Shown in pieces: positions 50,201 through 56,746 of a stretch of 64,000 nt of DNA. How positions within the stretch are numbered: position 1 is the first letter of the stretch; each line of letters begins with the position of its first letter. Where the stretch lies: positions 320,001 to 384,000 of the forward strand of contig JBMNJG010000007.1 of NCBI GenBank assembly GCA_050951545.1, written 5' to 3'. The translations under genes and the position numbers were made by a program. The stretch is from Limnochordia bacterium (GTDB lineage: Bacteria > Bacillota > Limnochordia > DTU080). The notes beneath the pieces are model-generated. The model searched no databases, was not told the DNA's origin, and saw nothing but the letters and a program-made list of their open reading frames with translations.

Positions 50201-53200
50201 GCCGGGATCGTCCGTGAAGTCCGCAGGCAATGCCAGCCTGGTGGCGAGCAAAGGGCTGCGTACCGTGGTCGGATACGGCGTCGGCACCGACCATTACCGG
50301 CAGTTCCTCGAGGAAATCGGGCAGGCTGTGGAGGATGCCGTTGGAGACGGCGAGGAAGTCTCCCTCAAGATCGAGGTGCATTCATCCACGAAGAGGGCGA
50401 CCACCAAGGTCCAGGTCGATGGCACGGTACACGTAGGCATTGAAAACAAGCGGTATCTCTACGTCGACGAGAACGGCAACGTGGAGACCCGAGTGCAGGC
50501 TGACGGGACTGCCACTAGCGAAGGTATTTCGATCAGCCGCACGGAGGAAGACCTCCGGTCGTCGATCCTTGAGCGTATTCATGAGCTGGAGAACATGGAG
50601 GATTCGCTAGGCAACTACGACCCGGCGTTGTTTGAAGGGGAGAGAAACACGCTTCTGCAAGAAAAGGCGGACAAGATAGCCAAAAGGAGCCGCCTGGAGG
50701 TAGAACGGGCCAATCTCGATCCTCGTAACGATGCGGAGCAGATCAGGGTCATCAATCAGCTTATAGGGGTGTTGGAGGGCCGGATCCAGGCTATCAACGT
50801 CAGGCTGAGTGAGCTAGAGGTGCTTACTGGAGGCGAGTCGCAGCGGCTACAGCAGCGCTACGCCGCGGAAATAGCCGCCCTGCAGTTTCAGCTCAGTCAG
50901 CTGGGTGACAGGTCTAACGTCACTGTTCTCAGCGTGAATGAGCCCATCACTGCGCGTTCCGGCAACATCTATGTCACTGCTGATAGCCTGGTCGGCGCTG
51001 GCGAGCTGTTGGCACCGGGAGACACGACGATCAAGATCGAAAACAAGAGTCCGTATTTCCTACGGACCAACAAGATGACCATCCCGGATCATGCTGGTGG
51101 TCAGCTGTTCTTCAACAAAGTTGCTGTAGGAAGCAACGCGGAGATCAATGCGCGCAATTTCACCTCAGGAGCGGGTTTCTCACGCATACTGACCACAGAC
51201 AATACGCAGCCGCACATATCTGTCGTCAACTCGTATATCCCCGTCGGCAGTGCCTGGGGACCAGACATTTTCGTGGATGGCGACATCCGCAACTTGCGGG
51301 GCGATGTGGCGATCACGAGCCTCAGAGGCAGCATTCAGATCAAGGATGGCGTTAATCTAGCCGCCGACAGCTTAAGCATCAATGCCGGCCGTAACTTGGT
51401 CATCGGTTATACAGAAGGGTTCAGGAGCATCGCTGGTGATATCGAAGCGCACTGGCGGGAGTACTTGGAGTGGGTTGAAGACCAGGGATGGATAGCCTAT
51501 GCTCCGCCTGTGAACAAGAAGCCCAGCGACCTGATAGACATCACTTGGGCCGACAAACCGTCCATCCTGATGGCCAACAACATTTTCATCGCTGCTGAGT
51601 ACCTCAACATCAACGGCGTGATTCAGAGTGGGATTCCTCAGTACAGTCTGGTGATCGATAAGCCCTTAGAAAGCGAACTTGCCGCCTACAAGCAAAGGTA
51701 TGACGATGCCAAGGCAGCTGGACGACCCATTGACCGCATCTACACGGGATTGAGTATTAACCCGACTCCCGATGAGCATGGGCATATTGACATCACCAAG
51801 GTGATAGTCAGATACGACGCTGAAGACAACTGCCTGGAGCTGGAGCCCGTGCACATCATGGGCGGCTATCTGGAGCTTTACGGGCACATCATGAATACCA
51901 GCGCCGGTAAGCTGCGGGTGATGGACGGATACGGCACCATTGACATTGTCAACAACACATCGTACACGCTTCGGCTGGGTGATGTGAATACCGGGAGCGG
52001 CATCCAAGGAACAATCAAGATCACGGATACCGCAAAGAAGACCGCCAGTGGAGATCCGCTAGTCACATTGATGAAGCGGGTGGGCTCGCATATCGAGACC
52101 TACACTAACTACGACACTGGAGTGCTCAATCTGGAGAGGCCCATAGCGCTTACTTCCGGGCGCTTCACATCTTATGAGCCGTTGGAGAATCAGTACTATT
52201 CGTGGACTAGCATCGAAAGCACGGCCTTGACCGAGGGACGGTATCTAGATAAAGAGACCTGGTTCTGGATCTTTGACGATATGGAGCAATATGTCAGCGA
52301 CGTTATCAGGCGCCCACTCTTGGAGCCCACTAGTATGGAAGGGGCTGTTGTGCGCCAGATCCCTGGATTCCACTCCACCTACTGGTACGAAGGAGCGCAC
52401 TACTACACCGACCCCAGTGCCTGGCAGAACGTCTGGGATAGCTGGCAAGAGATCGAAAAAGAGACGTTCCTTGGTATCACGTACTACACGAAAGAGCGTC
52501 TGCTGCAGGAGCGTACGGCGACGCTGACGCAGATTCATAACCATAACATCAAAGCTTCCCATCCCATTGGCATCGAGTTCATTGGAGCTAACACTGGCAT
52601 ATTGAACGTCACCTCTGCGGGAGACATCGTAGTTAACGGTGAGATCAGCAACACCAAGGGAACCATGAACCTGAGCAGCGAATCGGCCATCTTGCAGGGT
52701 GACAGCGAGTTGGCCCAGCTTGTCGGCGGGGCGATCAGTCTCGGTGCTCGGACGGGTATTGGTCAATCACAGACACCGCTCATGATCAACACGGAAGGGG
52801 GCGCCCTCACCGCCGCAACGCTGCGGGGGGACATCCACCTTCATGAAACACTTGGAGACCTGGTCGTGGGGCACGTCGTGGCCCACACTGGTGATGTAAA
52901 CCTGGTCGCTGACGGCACCATGCATCTGTCAGGCCCGTCGTCGTTGATCCAGGGAGGTAGAGTTGAGCTGACCAGCCTACACGGTGGGCTTGGGGCTGCG
53001 GGCTCTCCCGTGATGGTAGATACGAGAGCTATTGAAGCTGGCGGTTTGACGGTCACGGCGGCTGGTGACATATATCTATGGGAAAAGACCGGCGATCTTT
53101 ATGTCAATAAGGTGGTCTCGACGGGCGGCGACGTCCATCTTGGAGTGGCGGAGGGCAGCCTGATCGACAACAACGACGCCCAGGTGAAAGATGTCCGGGC

Positions 53201-56200
53201 CGAACAAGGCCTACTGAGTCTACTGTGGGATGACATGGAGCTGCTGGGAAGCCGCGCCGAGAGCAACGCCGAGCGCACCGTCAGAGCATATGAGCAGATG
53301 AAGGAGAGCGAATACCAGACCTATTGGCAGTACAGACAGCGTCAGGTATCCGGTAAGGGCAGAAGACCACTGCCAGCAGACGAGTACCACGCGGATGCAT
53401 GGATAGCACTAACTAAAGACGAGATAGCCTACTACGAGAGCGAGCTGGGGTGGACCGATAGGCAGATTACTGCCTATGAAGCGCAAATGACCAGCGATTT
53501 CCATCAGATGCACAAGTCCTATGGGGTCACGGGCAAGGAGTACGATCGCGAGTGGGAGTACCGGGTGGAGAGACCAGAGGCTGGCGGCAGGATCATTTAT
53601 GATCCTGCCGGATACGATGCCGTCCGTTATAGCGAATGGGATTCGCTGATCTATGGCCACGCCTGGACACAAGAGCAGCTGATGAACGTCATTGGGTCGA
53701 TCAAGGAGGTGACCGACACTCGGGTCTGGATAGAAGAGCCGAATATTATCGGTCACAACGTGCAGCTAACTGCGGCAGGTTCCATCGGCCACAGCGTGCC
53801 CTTCCATATCCCTCTGCGTCTGGATGGAAAGTGGCGCTGGTCCGATCTGTCGCTTGACCAGCAGCTACTGGTACTGGCCGCAGAGAAGGATGATATCGTC
53901 TACGGCCCGACCACGGTAACAGTGACTTCTCGCGAGACCATAGACGTAGAGGCGACCGGGAAGGTCTGGGCCAATGCGTATAACGGGGCCATCTACCTAG
54001 GCTCAGAGGGCGATATCAACCTCAACTACGCATCGGCCACTGGCGAGGTCAGGATTAAGACGGCCGGAGCCATCAATAATGGTACGCCCGATGGCATCAA
54101 TGTCAGGGGCCAGAATGCCGTGTTGGAGGCCGCCTACGGCAGCATCGGAGGTTTACATACGCCGTTGCTCCTTGATATAGGCGCAGCCAAGGTCACGGCT
54201 AGGGCGGGTGGCAATATCTACCTGAAGTCGCAAGGCGACATGCGTATCGATACGATCTACACGCCTGGCTACGTCGGTCTGACCTCTTCTGGGCATATCT
54301 TGGGCATCTCTTCTGCTCAGCCGTTTGTCCGAGATGATCTCACCATCCGAGCCAGATCTCTCAAATTCGACGCCAGTCTGGGCATCGGAAGCACCGATAG
54401 TCCTTTGCGGATTGGTCTTGATCCGAACGGCGTGTTGTCGGCTGAGGCGGCAGAGAGCATCACCATCGATAGCCCCAGGCATGACGTGCGCACGGGTCTG
54501 ATCGAAGCCGGGGGCAGCATCAGGTTGTCGGGAGGGCGGGACATCAGCATTCTCTCCGGAATAGGTCCAGTGCTCTTTTGGACCCCACCCATACTGCCGC
54601 CTATCGATCCTGGCGACCTGCCGCCACCGCCGCCCTCCAAGCATGTGAGGTCGCTTCAAGGGCAAGTGATCATCCAAGCTGGCGGATCGATCTTGGATGG
54701 CGACAGTAACGATCTAAGTGGGATCAGTGGCCGAGGGATCACTCTCACGGCCGGGGGGTCTATCGGTACTGCTGAGAACGCGTTAGAGCTGAATTTCGCC
54801 GCACAGGGCAGCCAGGACACACTGACGGCCCATGCCCAGCAGGGGGTCTTTATCACCGCGGTTACCAGTGCTCTGCACGCCAGAGACGTCTCTTCCGCTA
54901 CGTCAGATGTGCACCTGGTCACCCTAGACGGGCCTATTCTGGCGGGTTGGATCACGGCTGATAACGGCACGGTGGCACTGCTGTCCAACGGTTACATCGC
55001 CCCTGGGGGTACGTTCGGAGGCATCAGGGCCGCACAGATTGCACTCCGCGCTCCGAATGCACACATCGGCAGCTTGCTCAACCCGTTGCGGATCGACTCG
55101 CATGGGACCACGACCGGCGTCGTATCAGCATCAGCCAAGGGGAACATCGCTCTCAAGAGTATCAGAGGGGATCTTGTGGTCGGACACCTGGCCACCGAGG
55201 AAGGCCTCGTATATGTGGCCTCGGAGCGTTCAATTCTGGGTGCTAGTGACCAGAATGGTCCGCACATCGATGTGCGGAGCCTTGACGGGTCCCTCACATT
55301 GGCCGCGGCCGAGTGCATTGGTGTACCCGGCAATCCTTTGGCGTACGCATCGTCTAGTGCAACAGGAATCATTGTCATCGCCGGAGCGGACGTCAGCCTT
55401 ACCAGGTTAGGCGGGGATCTCCTCATCGACCAAATCGTCGGCCAGGGAAAGATGGTGGAGCTGAATGCCCCTTCCGGAGGCATCTACGGCGATCTAGTGG
55501 CGGGCGCCTGGGTGGAACTGAACGCCCAAGGGGACGTTGGTCAGGCATACAACCCGCTTCGCGTGGCTTCTACAGAGGAGCTTTTCGGGCAGATCGGCGG
55601 GTCGGCGTATATAGAAAGCCCCGAGGGCTATGGCACCACTCTCGGCGATCTGTATGTGTGGGGTGACCTAACCCTGGCTAGCGAGGAGATCGTCCTCAGG
55701 GGTTCTGTCAAAGCGGATCATGACATGAAACTCGTCGCCCTTGATTCAATCACTAGCGGCAGCGAGAAACATAGTATCAGAGGCCACCACATCGAGTTGA
55801 CCGCGATGAAAGGGAGCATCGGTGAACCTGAAAAAAGCGTTGTGGTCGGCGGTCACGAAAGACTCAATGCCCAAGCCTACTCCCACATATTCCTAGAGAT
55901 TCGGGGCGGCGATCTGGTCTCAGACTATATCGTGAGCAAGACCGGAAAGGTGGGCATCTACGTCCCGAATGGCAATGCACGCATCGCCCAAAGAAAGATC
56001 AGACGCCTGACTGATTCCGATCCGGAGAACCTATGGGGAGTGTCTGCCACTGAGCTGCTTTGCTTGCTGCCTGCAGCGGGGAGTACGTTGAGTATCGGCC
56101 AGGCGAGCATCGCTGGGGTCGTGCAGATCAGTGCAGACGCCATTGAGTTTGATGCCTTGACGCACACTGGTTTGCAGCCACTTCAGGTTGCCATAGGCGG

Positions 56201-56729
56201 TGGAAGCAAGGGCATGGCAGATAGTCTGACCTTCAGCGGGGGCTCCAGTGTAGGCATCGTGTTCACCGGGCTTGCCAGTGACTACTCAGATATCCGTGTA
56301 GACACCGGTCTACTAGAGCTGCAAGGTGCTGTGATTGGCAGCCGGGCGGCCATACACACCAACACCGCGAGGATCGTGGCCGTCAACACCGGACGGGATA
56401 TTGGCGGCTCTGACGTCGCACTTATGGTGGGTTCCGCTCCGCTTGCCCTGACTGTCACCGGAGCGAGGGACATACAGACCACCGCCATCGTCTTGAGGGT
56501 CAATTCAGGCTTCGCGGTAAATGGCACGAGCAGTAGTTTGGGTGGGAGTACTAGTGACATCGTCTGGATCGTTCAGCAGCTGCACGGGTGTGGTGCCGGC
56601 AGCTTGTACCGGGTGATCTCATCAGACTCTGAGCTGTCCTTTGAGCGTTTCAACGTCGTAAATGACCATCTCGACTCCGACGAGGATGGCGAACAGGAGG
56701 ACCAGGACCACGATGAGGGTGAAGACTAG
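35280..56729 (+). CDS. Giant two-partner secretion exoprotein (TpsA), LktA-like filamentous haemagglutinin/adhesin, 7149 aa
   Basis: Long basic signal peptide; TPS domain NSFGVFDI...ILNLV...SHIDG...GGNVYFLNPYGLVVG..G.LNVG; thousands of residues of G/A/V/S-rich beta-helix repeats; adjacent TpsB. Confidence 0.9.
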   Translation: MMGTHGSWQRLTKLGVSAIRRRWCRKRTRTLVRQLITYMVSLSVVFGNSAFVITDIARAAQIVPDGQTATRVVVGGDAIDVTTTTVYGQSALNSFGVFDIDGGDVVNLHLPSGAHNILNLVHSRTSHIDGVLNSLQDGRVGGNVYFLNPYGLVVGTQGVLNVGGLTVVTPPPVFMQQFFRDPSTSVSRVLSGDTGVHSEGIIEIRGEINSTHGIALNAGEVVATGHLAVDITKSPVFDDLVNPGDLEIGDEIRITNGSIEIVAVGDITNSAEISTYGHDDIDAGDITIEAGGNIVLGSTSAIVAAGQGANSSGGDVTVSAAGSITAAEGSVVDARGGVADSFGGSIRLVAAERIEAAGEVYGGSSYVLPAEPEDIPERSGAISLTAPEITVSGIINAGSDDFGISSGDVFLTAERPDGGVASIRLDGAEVTGHSISAKAVSTVSDDSAAGIVQRSAAATIDIMSSDSDRYTWLMADRDISILAESNVSLTISPDTESDDSYDAAYAISGVDSTSRVHIGGYSFIEAVGDLEVGAKNTVAITSSATAVPDANGDDYVGGSVAVNKLTTLTEALISGDAEIYASSVAVTATSDNTVTTTAIAPSQGAREDASEDPQQQSQMKKSLNEYRDDAKTSEGEVTVAAALAINDVVSTTRAGLESNWRANTYGRVDVVSNSIYNSSVTADASTVGQGSDGIGAAVGINRVSSKNAALISSGVTAFDGISVVAKMNDDTPENQKRAKMDTVVVSGAGSGDTGVAGALAVNVQHTDSAAYINQDAATADGSIDMLSLNLSENSVKASPGRSADDVTGGIGASVAVNVAVNSSSAGVADDAMVTYLSAGGGMIPVSIARQLAPESPVPNFAPSARGVNITASSDHIVTTEAEAGAVGGTAVTPAVALSLVETATKAEMGSASSDVWNSTLYVDGDLSVEAESKESITTTAKGSSDAESAAIGTALAISLVDSTSEAIIQRSINAGGEVTIGAQSMGATSTSATASARGGKAKDASTPEDGVDKKVGEQTALAQKKRDGTKGEDDESDADNGRKKTPSAETSEGKASVAAAVGVNAVTSTTSARVADDVNVTVGGGLELTSAANTDTSVKADGSTVDGNRSGVGVGAAVAINQATLVNEAYLGSGDHFVHGLTIEAKTLEAGSGESGDRENTHSAEAISGAGASRVGVAGSLALNLTDSRTAARIGEDAVVVSDRADATLSAADRSRNIAKAVPTKSEAAGDKTGVGASVAVNVALGETLAELADEAYIVIVEAAMGLSATGDHAMETVAQAGAEGGVAVTPAAALSVSEHATVARLGTPMIDTGEPEVTIITGDLTVEAQSKESITTTAKGSSDAESAAIGAALAISLVDSTSEAITERGIHAGGEVTIGAQSMGTTSTSATASAKGGKEKDASTPEDGVDKKVGEQTALAQKKRGETKGEDDADDPADESDGDNGGKQAPSAETSEGQVSVAAAVGINIVTSTTRARAADGVDVTAGGDLKLSSAANTDTSVKADGSTVDGNNSGAGIGAAVAINQAILVNEAYLGTGDHLVNGLTIEAKTLETGAGKARDEENKHSAEAVSGAGSSKIGVAGSLAINLGDSRMAARIGEDAAVTVMDGDVSLTAADRSRNVAKALPTKSEVSGEKAGVGASVAVNVALGETLAELADRVDVTASSMSLSATGDHGMETVAQAGAAGGVAVTPAAALSVSEHATVARLGTLMIDTGEPEVTIITGDLTVKAQSKESITTTAKGSSDAETAAIGAALAISLANSTAEAVVERSIGTAGKATIQATSTGATHTSAIASAKGGREEDASTPEDGVDKKVGEQTALAQKKRAETKGEDDANESDDPADESDGDNGGKQAPSAETSEGKASVAAAVGVNLVTSTTSARVADDVNVTAGGGLKLSSAANTDTSVRADGSTVDGNRSDVGVGAAVAINQATQRNEAYLGTGTHSANGLAVEAKTLETGSGESGDKDNTHSAEAVSGAGASKVGVAGSLAINLTDSRTAARIGEEAIVGGQGGDVSLLAVDRSTNIAKASPTKGEVSGEKAGVGASVAMNVVLGETLAELADGADITASSMSLSATGDHGTKTEALAGAAGGVAVTPVVAIAVSDQKTAVATGRGSDISVKTGLSLQSRHISSVTTLADGNSEATSVAVGAAVALAFVTDSSEARLAGAVESAGDVSLEARQATSSTTSAKANLEGGKEEDEKTPEDGVDRKLQEQTDLAQKKKDEAQRGDAGGPSVLSDELESLPSAQTDEGKVSVAGAISANVSTSSVRAYTADGASVEAEGSFSIGSLGSYDASATADGSAVDGSRTNVGVGAAVAVNKVTSANEAYLGSGQYVVAKGITIQAGMMPKAYATSVAEAISGAGSEKVGVAGSLALHIADSVTVAQIREGAVVEANDTDVVLIAEGRSGRGTRASPGEGGSSGGSVGVGASVAILSLADTTEAGVEEAADLSGARNLTISASSDHDSETEARAGASGGVAIDSVVGLTTISQRTRASIGAGSLLSTSGGVSLHAVDTGDNGVTAIGDTESGNVGVGSSVALITTDSDISAVVDRDLGVAGDIDVVASATRRYETTASASAKGATDTTGGEPKNTSSKALDDNQDAQQGTRDDGKVLAAAAVAISYIDDDVRAAIYGGTASDERRVIDTAGNVQVNAVNLTNFSSRADGSTASLETTTGLSNGVALSILRNDTEALIGDYSSVSGANDISVSAVSESNTDAAYRDKLAAEALSGSGAKKAGVAGALAVTYSSASTNAYIGHATDLDDVGDVLISSDNTSKLSAKAWGGAAAKVGVGASVATIVSENEYRAYLGDDVLARVGSLDIRTRNHRIHEDVPFEYEDFKSLNLQGLLGESNYYTEALAGSGGTQVAVTGSYAVNVLDDTASASIGSGTIVYSDGSVRIDSQYDTSVRAITGGVVASGKVGVGTAHTSTVNSSTVLSTLFEGAHIADASSVGITAAADTDIGSFAASAAAADQTGVAGVSSLVVSSNYVEASMGDDSGVFIAVRPELGDDDQGDLFIRATNEYKGLNIAGDAAGGSTVGIGAALATNFVSNATNAFIGEGAEARAYHGIDLAALSTQDLRTVAAGGAGAEKVGVAASSTVNTLTTQTHAYIGYGAGVNRPRWPMPVIVSPEQYVSITATDDTKMISVAGGGGFGGKAGVGAGIDVGVIGKDTQAFVASHQDAPTLVNAYNTLRVQALSSEDITSVSGGLAGASTAGVAGAMSVYNITNTTRGYIGDYASVLSIGNVLIAAVDNNEMRLIDGNAAFAGTAGIGASGAVAVVDKNTEAFIGQHAEVTARGKAAGVLVNTGQYEIGYVTHADGDGNVGRPDYQITNLTGDTDEDGNDIIDEDDRIDNQSLTMDRVATLQTRSIKGLAVSATTKDHIESIAAGGAVSGTASVSAAATVSTVWNDTRAFIADGAQINQNNTDAGADQTVFVGAGTDYYHLGVAGTLAGSGTAGVGPGADISVVSNSTEAFVGRSAVISSMRDIEVKASAHEDTLSIAAAAAAGGAAGVAGGASINYIDNRTHAYVDNAARLAAEGNVIVVSDDVTNTDVIAGVLGLGIGAGVGQALDVSVINKDTQAYLGDDVVADAKGNSGGYLRVFTGDVDSAGNRTEKNMKGLLVQASSQEDIFNVVASGGAGIWAGVAGAVTVNKVSSNTAAYIGDRAKVNADPTGAGSAQAISVIAVNDVKARSITGSAGGAFVGVSGAVDIGIVDNNTAAFTGENATLGAKSDIGIVALSGKNLQNYSLGHAGGFVGVTGGVSVWSVGSDLDLDQETPVGDLWSALESEDGGSVEGLIGRHLYDADAANGARQADLARIDNRNGGDEGKSFGDLGFVNVVDFLLGGHIGDTQDTIAGIREVVNLVLYSLATAGLVGDDRKGVEAASQGDVGLRQVTNLNAYQVRGITAYVGDGSNLAAQNVAVMAREDLDFDQTVLGASTGAAAVGAAVSISTLDALADAHLGRNVVLNATGSVKVGSTLNQHHDLDTIAGTLGFFGNLGGSVAYVNDKSSSHAHVGDGARIASDSDILVLAGSVHNSNILALNAGTSIGSINGTVVWHETSGGTSATVGSDTKLASGGTVAVRATSGIDMQAEAYAPSVGAFLGLGAAVAILHDASQTEASVGAATEVTEARAVEVEATYAPHVDAYTHGVGVGGVAVGAAVSRAEVSGSVRSILGHGVKIGQLQGLTVGSLLVNALINLADGAQETAVAQTDGGASSGAVGAVGSDATAIVNPWVSAYIGGNAHIKTLQDIGVYATSLASAQAKARGLNISTAGVGVSLAEAFLTPRIRSYVGQSSVVNSGGSITVQSRHNTDRQGQLLADMKAEASAWSATGTLVGGGNGADAEADASADMDTYVAGGTGSSLQAAGTVSIISTSGNRATALADGQAYSGGIGVGAVFADAVTSGTTVAHLDAITVNAGALRLRSVTNDDADAMTKSGAGAILAGSGSIANATADSATTASTGAYVNATVTGGTGIMAVSGSKANADAKGVNGGVLAVGVSQATALTAPEVRAYLGWGNRLITAGLTISALARPLGDSLAAKAYSSASGGGLVGVNATASEAINETNVVSHVGDDSLLTVTGTVLINARADSKQEAKSTAYTGGIVAAGANSSEASSDTNVTAYLGKGVNVSSGVLEVRALGVDDNYAESVAGSGGVLAGTAASAHTRTTGQTQAYVGEGRSSRSISAGSFRLDATHIAYFNAATDSINAAVVGASGAQATNTFNHAVKADVFDNAIIKATGISITAGNTITKDWLNQYNVRSGSGGLLDAAAASSVTTISNETSIGVGNNARLEVYGDREDPGALLLAATNHIQAYDRVRLDAGGAIEIARVESSVLNNTHSASVEIGSGADLLSVGDVHVSATSDVDIQTRANARTYGGAGAAEGSSHSRAAVSNTVSLGDGASILALGDVYLRAGSDHRGIDGYFNVLANTDLWNKTAFPIETDPNAQAYLTQTTTVSLQPGSSVKSAGNASLVASKGLRTVVGYGVGTDHYRQFLEEIGQAVEDAVGDGEEVSLKIEVHSSTKRATTKVQVDGTVHVGIENKRYLYVDENGNVETRVQADGTATSEGISISRTEEDLRSSILERIHELENMEDSLGNYDPALFEGERNTLLQEKADKIAKRSRLEVERANLDPRNDAEQIRVINQLIGVLEGRIQAINVRLSELEVLTGGESQRLQQRYAAEIAALQFQLSQLGDRSNVTVLSVNEPITARSGNIYVTADSLVGAGELLAPGDTTIKIENKSPYFLRTNKMTIPDHAGGQLFFNKVAVGSNAEINARNFTSGAGFSRILTTDNTQPHISVVNSYIPVGSAWGPDIFVDGDIRNLRGDVAITSLRGSIQIKDGVNLAADSLSINAGRNLVIGYTEGFRSIAGDIEAHWREYLEWVEDQGWIAYAPPVNKKPSDLIDITWADKPSILMANNIFIAAEYLNINGVIQSGIPQYSLVIDKPLESELAAYKQRYDDAKAAGRPIDRIYTGLSINPTPDEHGHIDITKVIVRYDAEDNCLELEPVHIMGGYLELYGHIMNTSAGKLRVMDGYGTIDIVNNTSYTLRLGDVNTGSGIQGTIKITDTAKKTASGDPLVTLMKRVGSHIETYTNYDTGVLNLERPIALTSGRFTSYEPLENQYYSWTSIESTALTEGRYLDKETWFWIFDDMEQYVSDVIRRPLLEPTSMEGAVVRQIPGFHSTYWYEGAHYYTDPSAWQNVWDSWQEIEKETFLGITYYTKERLLQERTATLTQIHNHNIKASHPIGIEFIGANTGILNVTSAGDIVVNGEISNTKGTMNLSSESAILQGDSELAQLVGGAISLGARTGIGQSQTPLMINTEGGALTAATLRGDIHLHETLGDLVVGHVVAHTGDVNLVADGTMHLSGPSSLIQGGRVELTSLHGGLGAAGSPVMVDTRAIEAGGLTVTAAGDIYLWEKTGDLYVNKVVSTGGDVHLGVAEGSLIDNNDAQVKDVRAEQGLLSLLWDDMELLGSRAESNAERTVRAYEQMKESEYQTYWQYRQRQVSGKGRRPLPADEYHADAWIALTKDEIAYYESELGWTDRQITAYEAQMTSDFHQMHKSYGVTGKEYDREWEYRVERPEAGGRIIYDPAGYDAVRYSEWDSLIYGHAWTQEQLMNVIGSIKEVTDTRVWIEEPNIIGHNVQLTAAGSIGHSVPFHIPLRLDGKWRWSDLSLDQQLLVLAAEKDDIVYGPTTVTVTSRETIDVEATGKVWANAYNGAIYLGSEGDINLNYASATGEVRIKTAGAINNGTPDGINVRGQNAVLEAAYGSIGGLHTPLLLDIGAAKVTARAGGNIYLKSQGDMRIDTIYTPGYVGLTSSGHILGISSAQPFVRDDLTIRARSLKFDASLGIGSTDSPLRIGLDPNGVLSAEAAESITIDSPRHDVRTGLIEAGGSIRLSGGRDISILSGIGPVLFWTPPILPPIDPGDLPPPPPSKHVRSLQGQVIIQAGGSILDGDSNDLSGISGRGITLTAGGSIGTAENALELNFAAQGSQDTLTAHAQQGVFITAVTSALHARDVSSATSDVHLVTLDGPILAGWITADNGTVALLSNGYIAPGGTFGGIRAAQIALRAPNAHIGSLLNPLRIDSHGTTTGVVSASAKGNIALKSIRGDLVVGHLATEEGLVYVASERSILGASDQNGPHIDVRSLDGSLTLAAAECIGVPGNPLAYASSSATGIIVIAGADVSLTRLGGDLLIDQIVGQGKMVELNAPSGGIYGDLVAGAWVELNAQGDVGQAYNPLRVASTEELFGQIGGSAYIESPEGYGTTLGDLYVWGDLTLASEEIVLRGSVKADHDMKLVALDSITSGSEKHSIRGHHIELTAMKGSIGEPEKSVVVGGHERLNAQAYSHIFLEIRGGDLVSDYIVSKTGKVGIYVPNGNARIAQRKIRRLTDSDPENLWGVSATELLCLLPAAGSTLSIGQASIAGVVQISADAIEFDALTHTGLQPLQVAIGGGSKGMADSLTFSGGSSVGIVFTGLASDYSDIRVDTGLLELQGAVIGSRAAIHTNTARIVAVNTGRDIGGSDVALMVGSAPLALTVTGARDIQTTAIVLRVNSGFAVNGTSSSLGGSTSDIVWIVQQLHGCGAGSLYRVISSDSELSFERFNVVNDHLDSDEDGEQEDQDHDEGED
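37880..42720 (+). repeat. Intragenic tandem repeats of ~1.2 kb (~400 aa): three close copies, a fourth diverged, plus more diverged flanking units
   Basis: GACAAGAAAGTTGGAGAACAGACCGCTCTGGCTCAGAAGAAGCG at 38313, 39510 and 40719 (periods 1197 and 1209); diverged copy at 41916. Confidence 0.9.
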
Positions 56730-56746
56730 GTGTTAGGGGTGTAGTT

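Noticed and set aside
35291-56560. Many antisense and alternative-frame ORFs (up to 274 aa) inside tpsA
   Set aside because: Shadow ORFs from G/A/V/S-rich codons; they mirror the tpsA repeats and have no recognisable motifs
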